A stretch of 64,000 nucleotides of DNA from Picochlorum sp. SENEW3 (lineage: Eukaryota). How positions within the stretch are numbered: position 1 is the first letter of the stretch; the number at the start of each line of letters is the position of its first letter. Below are positions 12,142-22,763 of the stretch, in pieces. Below the pieces are notes generated by a model that saw only the letters and a list, made by a program, of their open reading frames with translations, did not search any database and was not told where the DNA came from. The position numbers and the translations under genes were made by a program. The DNA is taken from contig CP120454.1 of the NCBI GenBank assembly GCA_034226945.1, forward strand, positions 682,001-746,000, read 5' to 3'.

Positions 12142-12431
12142 TACACTCGTTCAACGCTAATTAGCCAAATTCATCTCAACAACTCCTTGGCTTTGGCTCG
12201 TAAACTTGCCCGATCCGATATGCACTCACACGAACTAATACCTCTACCAGAAAGATGAGTGTCAAGATTGTCTTGGGATGATCGTGACGATATCGCCATC
12301 GTTCGAGATCAAATAAGGAATTCCTTATTTATGACAGGCATTTGACAGCAGAGGTGATCTGATCAGATTCCCATCGCTGATCCGCCTCTGTGGGAATCAT
12401 TCAGTATTAATGACAAGATACATGAATAATC

Positions 12432-13469
12432 ATGTTGCGATCCTTGCCAGCTGCAAGCCCTACGCCAAGACGAGGTGGTATCCTCTTCTCCAGTGTCAAG
12501 GGAAGACCTCAGATGCTGCTGACCCAATCTGCCTGGCGCAGGGTACGCGTGCGAGCAGAAAACAAAGGGACCGATACAGAGGGTTTACAAGCGTCTTGGC
12601 ATACTCTTCCTGATGGCATGCGCCTGGAAAAGATTGAGATGTCTTCATCTTTCTCACCTAGTTCATATCCTCCACTCTTATTTGTGCATGGGTCATATCA
12701 CGGAGCGTGGTGCTGGACGGAATTATTTGGGCCATACTTTAGCAATCTTGGGTATGATGTGGTGGCGATCAGCATGAGGGGTCAGGGAAATAGTGACAAA
12801 GGGGACTTGAAAGTGGCTGGTACTCTGCAGTCACATGTGGATGATCTGGCATCTGTCATTGCATCATTTGATAGACCCCCGGTGGTTGTAGCACACTCGT
12901 TTGGGGGGCTTTTGCTTGAAGCATACTGTTCTCTTCAGCAGAATATGGGGAACAGGCCGAAAATTGCAGGGGCTTGTTTGGTAGCTGCAGTTCCTCCAGC
13001 AGGTAATAAAGAAATTATTACTAGGATCACCAAAAAATCGCTCTTAAAATCGATGAGAATAACTTGGGGGTTCATATCAAAATCATTTAGAAAAGATGCG
13101 GATGCTTGTCGGGAGCTCTTCTTCTCAGAGGATCTCGCAGAGGATAGATTGCTAGAGTACCAGGCAAAGCTTGCCCAGTGCAGCGATGTAGCACTGCTTG
13201 ATGTCCGCAAGTTATCTTCACAAGTTCCATTACCACCGTTAGATGAGAGTATTTTTGTTGATGGAAGTATTCGGGCGTTTGTTGGTGGAGGGACGAACGA
13301 TTGTGTTGTGGATCCACCTGCTGTGGAAGAGGCAGCAGCATACTTTGGTGTCACCCCAGTCCTATGGGACAATATGGCACATGACGTCATGTTGGATACA
13401 CGATGGGAACGTGTTGCAGAAGACATTGATACATGGATGAAAGAATCATTCTCTGTTACGCATACATAA
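12432..13469 (+). CDS. Alpha/beta hydrolase, probable plastid transit peptide
   Basis: LFVHGSYHGAWCW, AHSFGG nucleophile elbow, Asp in GTNDCVV, His in MAHDVMLD. Confidence 0.9.
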   Translation: MLRSLPAASPTPRRGGILFSSVKGRPQMLLTQSAWRRVRVRAENKGTDTEGLQASWHTLPDGMRLEKIEMSSSFSPSSYPPLLFVHGSYHGAWCWTELFGPYFSNLGYDVVAISMRGQGNSDKGDLKVAGTLQSHVDDLASVIASFDRPPVVVAHSFGGLLLEAYCSLQQNMGNRPKIAGACLVAAVPPAGNKEIITRITKKSLLKSMRITWGFISKSFRKDADACRELFFSEDLAEDRLLEYQAKLAQCSDVALLDVRKLSSQVPLPPLDESIFVDGSIRAFVGGGTNDCVVDPPAVEEAAAYFGVTPVLWDNMAHDVMLDTRWERVAEDIDTWMKESFSVTHT

Positions 13470-13476
13470 TACATTA

Positions 13477-15920
13477 TCAATCATGTATTGCAGTTGCCAT
13501 TCGTAGTTCTCCTGGCAAGCATGAAATAAATAATCTATGTTTTACCCTACTCTTAATAGAGCCCGAGTCAGCATCTGTCATCTCAACACTATATTCTGTA
13601 GATATTGGTCCATCAAGAGAAAAATGACCTCCCACATTGGCACAGTCAACTAGTACTCTGACTTCCTCCTTGTTGAGTTCATACCCTTGTCTGTTATTGA
13701 GTGCACTTTCAATCATTCCATTCACAAATCTTCTCCGCACTGTACTCTCAATCCCTTCTAGTCGTTGATCTAAAGAGACAGCAGCCGACACATTGTGCTC
13801 CACACAGCTCAGCATATTGACAAGACCTGACATATCTGATGCTTTGGCTGCAAGGCTGTGTGATACTCCCATGGAGTCAACCTCCAACACCTCGTGCGAC
13901 CACGTCTTCAAAAATTCAACCTGATCACGTACGACCTGACCATCATATGGGTATGCATCCGCCAAAATAGAACATGCTGAGGAGAATAGCGAGACAAACA
14001 TCTGACAGATCAAGTCTTGGGGCCTCATGGTTTCCAACTGATGCAGAATTTGCTCACCTCGTCCCTTGGGATCAAACAGGGATTTATGCTGCTGAGAGAG
14101 AGGGCGAGGTTGCGCTTTTTCCCATGCCCATGTCCAAACGCAATCACCAGACATTCTATGGGAGAGTTGCATGGCATCATTGTCCCAATCTTTGGGGGAG
14201 TACCACCGTATAAAATCCTCAAACTCGCATCCTTTGTTGACAAATTTGAATGCTTCCATATCTGAAAGAAGCATGTTCTCAAACACAAGTTTTCTCGCGA
14301 CACTATCTGGCTCGTGCACACCGAGACCCTCCATACTACTGTGAGTAAGAGACTGTGTCACAGGCACACGAATCTGGACATTTGGATTCTTCAACTGGGT
14401 CATATCAAGAGTTTCAACCACCCATGCCTCTTCCGTGTCTGTATCCATCTGCTGCAAGTTCATTTGCGACATACTATAATTGAGCGATCCGAGCGACCTC
14501 ACAATAGGGCAACATGCAGCGTGGTCCTCTGGTACGTGTGGCACCTTGCAATCCCGTTCCCAATACTCATACCGCACCCTTTTCAAAAATTGCTTCCACA
14601 GTTGAGCCAAACCTCTCAACGAATCAGGAACAGTAGCATGAAGCGTAAACCTTTCAAACACATTCTCCCCGCTGTCATCAAACGTCATACCAACCAGCTT
14701 TTCAACATCCCCCAGGTCCACCTCCATCTCATATCTCTCTGCATGGTCCACCCACCACTCTTCACTCGCGAGACACGACATGTTATCCACATCCTCAGCA
14801 ATCTTGATCCATTCTAAAAAATCGCGAAGCGTTGCTGAAAAACTCCCGGGTACAGACTGTACTGGTGGTCCCCGCATAATCTCATCACGCCGATCAGGAT
14901 GGCATATATTCTCACACTGCAAGAATTTTCGAGACACGTCACTCACTTGTAGAGGAATAAATGATCTCTTACCACTATCAGGGGCATGATCAGACGCCAT
15001 CGCAAGAATGCGCATTCTTTTGGCATCACCAAGTGCCTCATTCCCATCCATGTGCAACACATCAACATCAACCCCTCCCACCGGATCTTCCAGCCGAGCC
15101 CAAGGCCCCCACGGCATATCTGAATCCCACTTCACATCTCCTTCCATATGATCTCCCTCTCTATCAGTATCCTGATACACCTGATACGTCATCCTCGTCC
15201 AACATAATGGCACATCACAGCTACATCCATGCCGCACTCGAGACATCAGCAACGCCACTCTATTCTCCATCTCAGACACATACTCGATACCATTACCCAC
15301 ACTCCCATGAATACTATCACATTCAAATCGCTGCAATCCATCCCGCGACACCCGAACACCCCCATATGCATCCCTCCTCGCATCATGCTTTGGCACATAC
15401 ACTGGATGGCGACACACCGCATCATGCCGACTCGCTTTCAACGCATTCATCGCCACACACACAGCAGACATGACCGTACTAAACTCTTGATCATGCAGTA
15501 TTCGTCTAGAATAGCTATCAGGCTCAATAAGAAAGAATGCCTCTGGAAAGAACCATTCATGAAACTTGACAGGATAACTCTGAATGGGCCACACCGAAGA
15601 TGCCTCATGTTCTTCTTCTTTGTCATCGGCAACCCTTTGAGCTGCGTCGTACCATGTCAGAACATAGTCCTCCTTCCTCCATTCAACAAACCCATGGGGC
15701 AACACAACCACCCGCTTCCTCCCAACCCCTTTATTGACACAATTCAACAAGGCAGCCTCCAGCACAGCAACAAATCTGTATCACATAGATACACATGCAT
15801 CAGAATCTTTGAATTTTTTAAAAAAAAGCCAACGTTGTTGCTGTTTCTTGGTAACACCTACTTTTCAAATGTACTCGACACAGTATAGTCATGAAAGCCC
15901 TCTCCATCACCATCCGCCAT
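13477..15920 (-). CDS. Rab3 GTPase-activating protein catalytic subunit-like; intron 15776-15861
   Basis: LLSDMEAFKFVNKGCEFEDFIRWYSPKDW...LSHRM; spliced N-terminus MADGDGEGFHDYTVSSTFEKFVAVLE resembles the Rab3GAP1 start. Confidence 0.85.
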
Positions 15921-16328
15921 AATTATCTTTAAATGCTACTACGATATATGTATACTCGGCGATTTCTGCAGTATCGTTATGGCGACGATGCCCCAGACTC
16001 GTAGATGTTTCCTTATTAATCTATCTATATAGGGAATGCTCTGGTTGATTAATTAAACACATTTAGAAAAACACCGCTGAGCGATTGGACCGTTGACCAT
16101 CCACCAACAATGCCCCGAATCAATTCACACAGATATGACGCAAGAAGGCCATTTCTTTCCTAATAGATTAAATTAACTATTTCTACTAAAAATAGCATTC
16201 GGTCTCCCCAAAAATCCAAAGGAGAAGAAGAAAGAAAATCCACGAGGACATCCATCGCCACCAGGTCAACACGTATTTGTTTGTGTCACCATCAGAAAAG
16301 AATATCCATCCAGATTAACTCAAACAAT

Positions 16329-16971
16329 ATGCCATCTCAAATCTATTTGAAGTCTTCCATGGGACATGCGTCGCTCATGGACGTTGATGACCTGACCCCA
16401 CTCACCCTTGGCAGACTCAAGCACAGAATCCAGGTACTGATCTTTTTTTTTGTGTCTATACATCTCATATCACCACAGGCAGAATTGATTCATGTATATA
16501 CTATGAGTGCAGGAAACTACTGGTATTCCAATCGAGCAGCAGATTCTGACATGTGGGTCAACCATGATCCATGGCACATCTTCATACAAGAAGAAGGACA
16601 GTCATCATCATCATGACGAAGAAGAAGAAGAAGAAGAAGAAGAAGATGCTCTTCTCTTGGTACCAGAGCATGATATGCTCACCATGACTGTATCCCAGAG
16701 GGTCAGAGGAGGAAAGCAGGTTCCAGTCAAGATGATGACCAATCATTTGCCATGTGGATCCCAGGTCACCATTGACATTGATGAGAATGCTACCAAGGAT
16801 GAAATTAAATTAAAGTTACAAGAGGCGACAGGTGTCCCATTCGAGCATATCAAGGTCATGCTGTCCGGTATCAACCAGATTGTCATGGGGGACAAGAGAA
16901 CCAATGTGGGATACAGCACCTGTGGGTATGCCAACAGCGTGCAGCTTGCTGTTGAAAAGGCAGATTCGTAA
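16329..16971 (+). CDS. Tandem ubiquitin-like domain protein (UBL-GG-UBL); intron 16434-16512
   Basis: UBL1: MPSQIYLKSSMG...TLGRLKHRIQETTGIPIEQQILTCG...TVSQRVRGG. UBL2: VTIDIDENATKDEIKLKLQEATGVPFEHIKVMLSG. Confidence 0.75.
16602..16645 (+). repeat. Coding (CAT)n then (GAA)n microsatellite (poly-His/poly-Glu)
   Basis: catcatcatcat gac (gaa)x9 within the UBL gene. Confidence 0.85.
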
Positions 16972-17288
16972 TCAACGTATTCTCATAGTACCATCATCAT
17001 CATCATCATTCGTATCATTGTCTTTGTTGAGATTTATTGATGTACTAGTAGTACGATAGATGACTTGCGTCTTCTTGCAATATACAAGCAACACTTGATG
17101 CAGAGAGAGAGAATGAAACTGGGTATATCTACCCCTTCCTCAATCAATTGAATGCTCTGCAGTGATTCTGAGACCATTGTTTTTAATCAATTTTTATTTA
17201 CAGTGGTAATACACAGTAAAAAAATCTCGGCTCATACTACTACTGTAGTAACGAATACATGACATGAAAACAAAATAGGATTTGCAGG

Positions 17289-18087
17289 ATGCGAACAACA
17301 GCAAAGTCCTTGGTATACAAAGCCTGGCAGAGCATAGCGCTGAGAGATTCTTCTTCTAAATTAACATCAGATATAGTAGAGTATGCATCTAATTGCGTGA
17401 ATGGCGTCCGATGGACCCGAACATGTACAAAGAAAATCCCAGTCGAATTACTCCAGGTATGGGGATACAAACACCACCATATGTGACTAAAACTCTTTAT
17501 ATAACACCTGTTTAAAAAAATAATCTGTGCAGAATGTGGATGGATTGGGATTGTCGGGAGAGGTGGCCCATGTGTCTGCTGGGTATGCTCGAAACTACCT
17601 TGTTCCAGGGAGGATGGCACGGCCACTGGTTGCAGGTGGCCATGCCATGGTGAATAGTTCGATGATGAGCAAGAATACAGTCGTGGGTGACGCTGTCAGG
17701 CGTGATGATGATGAAGATGTGGTGGCAGAGAAGAAGAGGAGGAAGAAACTAGAGGGTATTGTGCGCAAGTTGACAGAGTCGGTGGTACTGTTCAAGAAGG
17801 AGGAAGCGGGTGGAGGTGTACTGACCGAGTCTATTCGTCGGGCTGATATTGTAGAGGCTGTTGGGAAGCAGTTGGGGATTGAGATTGTGGAGGAGTTGTT
17901 GGATATGGAGGATGAGGATGTGTTGACAACTGTTGGGGACTTTGTGATTCCGTTAAAGTTGGTTGTGAAACGTGCTGATAGAGAAGGAGAGAATGTGATG
18001 GATGGGGGACAGATGGGGAGGGCAGGTAGTGGAGAAGAGAGAGCTCGTCTGCAGATACGCGTCCTTGAAAAGAATGCAAAGGTCTAG
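17289..18087 (+). CDS. RPL9: Organellar ribosomal protein bL9 (probably mitochondrial); intron 17457-17532
   Basis: VELLQNVDGLGLSGEVAHVSAGYARNYLVP is the L9 N-terminal signature; basic presequence. Confidence 0.85.
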
Positions 18088-18323
18088 ACGGATCGGTGTC
18101 ATGTCAGCGACAGCTGCAGGACTCCAGCGGCAGTTTGTTATTCGTAGTTTCAATAGCATTGTAATAATACCATCGATAGATACAGATATATACTAGCCAA
18201 CGAGTCGAAGAAGAAGAAATACAAGAAGAAGAGCAAAAACAAAGCAAGAAGAAACATTTTTTCCTATCATCATCATCATTCAGCTGGCGACAGAATATTA
18301 ATAATTACAGTACATATAACACT

Positions 18324-20146
18324 ATGGATGCTGCTACGGATGCTGAGATTGCTCGGATACTGGTACGCAGTCGTCTGTGTTGTTGCGCTCGTTTGAATTT
18401 TCTCAAAAAGAGATTGGTTCTTCTGTGCAGGCAGAAGAACATCACGGTGGTATATATGAGTATGGATATATGAATGAAGATGATTCAGGGGATGATGACC
18501 CAGATTATGGGACGACGAGGAAGAAGAGGGCACAGAAGCGGCAAAAGGCACGGGTTATCGAGGCGGAGTTGATGCCTCCTGGTATGGCAAAGACGCAAGA
18601 GGCAGGGAGGGATGGAGCGTTGCAATCTTCGGGTGCTGGAAATGGGAATGTTGGGGCGGCAAGGTATGAGGGGGATGCTGATGGGGTGAAGAAGCAGGCA
18701 AAGCAACAGCAGCTGCAGCAAGGGGATTTGGGATATTCTGCGACAGGGCGTAGGAAGCGGAAGGATACTGGGGCGACGAGAACTGCGTCTCGGGCGTGGA
18801 GTGATGAGGAAGAGGAGCGATTTAAGGAGGCGTTGAGTATGTTTGGGAGGGATTGGAAAAAGTGTGCAGAGCATATTGGGACAAGAGATGCGAGGGCTGT
18901 GGCGAGTCATACGCAAAAGTTTTTGATCAAAGCGTTGCTTCGTGGGGAAGAGTTGCCAGAGGCGATGGCTCGGAGTGGGCGTGGGTATACGTTGTCTGGG
19001 AAGCCGTTGGATCCGAATTCATCTGCGGCGCGGGCATATGGGTTGCGCCCAAAGGAGTTTCTCAAGATTGTGGAGTCTGGATTTCTGGAAGTTGGTGTTC
19101 ATGTTACGACATTTGAGGTTGATGGTGGGGATGGTAGTACGCTGGCGTCTCCGAAACAGCAGAAGAAAAAGGTGAGCAAATCTGGGGATGATGAGGTGCC
19201 TGCAAGGAGTACCAGTCCTCCCCCACAGCCAACAGAATACGCACTGAATCGGCCCAGACGGACCCTCGGAGGACAGAAAAGTCAAGCTGGAGACACGACC
19301 GAGTCTCTTGATTTAACAGATTTGCAAGAGTTTATGGGACCTATTGGTGCAGAGGGTGGTCGGTGTCAGCCTTTTGCTGTGACAATTTCAGAAGATGCTG
19401 TCCTCGTGATGGATTTCCATGCACATCTGTCGAGCTGTGAAGTCATCGGGTTGTTAGGAGGGACATTTGATACCAATACAAAACAGCTTGTGGTGAAGGG
19501 GGCGTACCCGTGTCGAAGAACTGCTGGGTCTGACTCTACAACATCAGTAGAATTGGACCCTGCCTCCCAAGTGATTGTCAAGGATGAGATGGCTACTGAT
19601 GGCTTGATACCTGTGGGATGGTATCACTCCCATCCAATATTTGAAGCTCGACCGAGTGCAAAAGATAACGAAAATCAGCGGAACTATCAGGCATTTGCAG
19701 CAGACAAGTCGACTGGACTGGAGCCATGGGTGGGCATGATTATTGGCCCATACGATGAACAGCTTCCAACGCCTGCATCCCATGTTCAAGCGTGGGTTGT
19801 TCGATCACAGAATAAAAATGTCATCCCGTATAATATTAGATATCAAAAGGATCCACCAAAGGCGAGGATCACACCCGCACTCGTGAAGAGATTGGAATCA
19901 GCCTTGGAAAATTTGGTCGGCGATCCAGGGCGGTTGAACATGCAGCAGCTGTGGCGGCCATTCACATTTTACAGACAAGGGCTTCCAGAGGGACCAGCGA
20001 TGAAACGCAGTGAAAAACTTCGAGCTGCACTGAACAGTCATTTGCCGATACAGGACCAACCAGATGCTGTGTCTCAGTTTCACCAAACCATTGATGCCAT
20101 GTTTTTAAAATATTGGGGCACACGGTTGTTTGACAGCAATGCATGA
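18324..20146 (+). CDS. Myb/SANT + MPN/JAMM deubiquitinase, MYSM1-like; intron 18363-18430
   Basis: WSDEEEERFKEALSMFGRDWKKCAEHIGTRDARAVASHTQKF; MDFHAHLSSCEVIGLLGG; GWYHSHPIFEARPSAKD. Confidence 0.88.
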
Positions 20147-20169
20147 TGCGTCGTATTTTGTTATTACAT

Positions 20170-21277
20170 TTAAAAGTAGAATGATGCATGCATTCCCGTT
20201 TTCCACACATGCGTGGCGCATATCCAGTTGAAAACCAAGTACACGGCAAACATGATGCCATAGGACACCCGCCGCCTGGCCTTTGCATTCTCAATGGTTG
20301 GCACAATATACGTTACTGCTGCGATCAATAACCCAAACGCCATGACCAACGATCCCATAATGAACCCTTCAGCGCCCATCTGCCCGCTGCCTTGCAGGAA
20401 AGCTTTAGCTTGCCTCGTCCTTGGATCCATACCAACCATGGGCACCCCTCTAATAATATTAAACATGCCACCAGACAGGGAGAACCAAAACACAAACAAT
20501 GAACCAACGATATACAGCGGCATCCACTGTATCAACGCAGACTGTGATATTTTATACCCAATAATGGCTACAGATGCGAGGAATATCAACACAAATACCG
20601 GCAAGAAGGGAGACCGAGCACTCAGCTCTGCCGACAAGTCTCCAGGACTAATCCCACATGTTCCTGCAATGAACGTGGCAAGTGCCTGAGCTCCCCAATC
20701 CTCCACCGGCCCTGGAGCCATCAGGTTTTTATGAGGCAGATTGATTGATCCTCCTGGCGCAATCTCCTTGTTCCCTGGAATATAGGACAGGTATGGAAGC
20801 CCTCTGGCCCCAAGCCTGGACAGAGACTCCTTTGCATCCTCCAACGTTATCCGCACAAATACAACTTTATCCTCATACTCTGTACCCTTATGAGTCTTCA
20901 CATACGTCCTACCAACAATCCCAAACTCTTTCAGCCTCTTCTCCAGCGATAATTGTTTGGAATTGCGAAATTTGAGAGCATCGGCAAACACGTAAACTGA
21001 ATACGGTCGAGATACACCGTCTACTAATGCATCGAATTCCTTTGGTCCCAAACTAACATAACCAGTCTTTGATTCACGCTGCTGCTTCAGTATCGCTTGT
21101 ACCTGCAAAGGTCAAAGAATGAATCTGATCGCCACACCCACACCCCGTCGATGCACGCCTTCTTCTTCTTACCTGTTTATTTGGTTCAGACTCATCTAAT
21201 CCTCTCACAGACAGTAGCAGAAGGGTGATGACGCAGAAGAATGTCCTCGAGAATGAGGTCATTCGTCCAAAAACCAT
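20170..21277 (-). CDS. Oligosaccharyltransferase OST3/OST6 subunit; intron 21103-21172
   Basis: Signal peptide, thioredoxin-like luminal region, four TM helices, SGGMFNIIRGVP and QMGAEGFIMG motifs. Confidence 0.88.
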
Positions 21278-21334
21278 ACTGGGATCCTTGTATGTGGTCG
21301 ATCACGGGTATCTGATACTACATAAATAATTAAA

Positions 21335-22447
21335 TTAGGATTCGAATATCAATGGGAGCGTGATTGTCGCTGCTAAGGCTTCTGGCGTCATTGCTGCTGA
21401 GAATGACATGGTTTCAAGATGCTCAGAGACACATGTGAGGATACTCACCATGGCATCATCTGGGTCTTCCAGAGATTGTGGACGACACTTGAGTGTGTTT
21501 GCAAGGACATTGATGGATTCAACAGTGCCTTGGTGGGTGATATGGAGCCTCAAGATGAGGGTGCCACATGCCACACTGAGTTGTCCAAGCTCCTCATACA
21601 AGGCTTCCAGAGTGTGGTTGAGCACATCTGTCGCCGTGGTTTCATCAATGTGTCCCTCAAAATATGCTGATGGTTCTGTATACCAGCCGTGGAGAACAAT
21701 GCGTGCATCCAAAGGATTTTTAACACCGTCAACCATGGTGACACCGTGTGGTTTACGTGGATCAAACACCGTCATCCTTCCAAAGTACGGCGGAATCGAT
21801 TCCACAATATCAGGCAGCTCGATCCCTGTTGAAGAGTCGTGGCTTCTCCAGTAGTCTAATATATCGTCACGGAGTATCTTTGTCTCACCTCCTGTGAAAG
21901 GATGAGGTGTCTCTTTGTGATAGTCTGACAAGCTAAGAACAAACGCAAACGGCCCATGAGGCGCATCCGTATGGAATTCTTGAAAGTGCCCAGAGACATA
22001 GTATGAAAGCCATATGGGAGAGATGCCTCGACATCCGAGCCTCTCCTGACCAAAATCCAAAATTTTGCTTTCAAGCTCCATGTACAGATCAGGTGGAAAG
22101 AAGGCATCTGCAGGGGTTCTCATCAATGAATATTGCCCTGTCACATGCCAATAGTCCCATATAAACCTTTCTGACGTCGTCTCTAGTGGGTTTGAGAACC
22201 TATCGTTGTAATGGGTGCGTAATGCAGTGACCAGGTGTGGGTCAAACCCATCCTGGATGCATGTACCCCCCTCCATTATCCCATCTGATGTGCTGCATGC
22301 TTTTTTATTATTGGTGAACTGACGATGTCGATCGTGAACACGTCGTGGTGAGCTGCATTCAACTGAATGCAATGCACATGCCATTCCTCCAAGACCCTTG
22401 TGCTCCAAGGGCCCTCGAGAAACACCGTGTCCAACTACTATGCTCAT
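21335..22447 (-). CDS. 2-oxoglutarate/Fe(II)-dependent oxygenase
   Basis: QEFHTDAPHG (HxD), FTGGET, FDPRKPHGV (distal His), RIVLHGW. Confidence 0.82.
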   Translation of the reverse strand: MSIVVGHGVSRGPLEHKGLGGMACALHSVECSSPRRVHDRHRQFTNNKKACSTSDGIMEGGTCIQDGFDPHLVTALRTHYNDRFSNPLETTSERFIWDYWHVTGQYSLMRTPADAFFPPDLYMELESKILDFGQERLGCRGISPIWLSYYVSGHFQEFHTDAPHGPFAFVLSLSDYHKETPHPFTGGETKILRDDILDYWRSHDSSTGIELPDIVESIPPYFGRMTVFDPRKPHGVTMVDGVKNPLDARIVLHGWYTEPSAYFEGHIDETTATDVLNHTLEALYEELGQLSVACGTLILRLHITHQGTVESINVLANTLKCRPQSLEDPDDAMVSILTCVSEHLETMSFSAAMTPEALAATITLPLIFES

Positions 22448-22763
22448 TGCAATGTACTAATTTTTACGGAATTGCAATGCCATTGCGGTGGGGAGATCTC
22501 GTGTTTGAAATGCACATGCATGCCATAGCCTATGGCAATCCAAGTCTGCATCTACAAATTGTTACAAAAGGAGGCATTAAATGAAGCCTGGGCATATTGT
22601 TTTGCAAATATTATAATTGTAGTTGCATAATTAATGGGTATTAGATTGGTTTGTGTCTGTCATTAATATAGAAGAAGAAGTCAGTGTTGCATCCCCCTGT
22701 TGCATTTCAGTTTTTTCGGCTGGCGTCACCTGTTTTTCTCGAGTGTCCCTATACCAATTCAAA

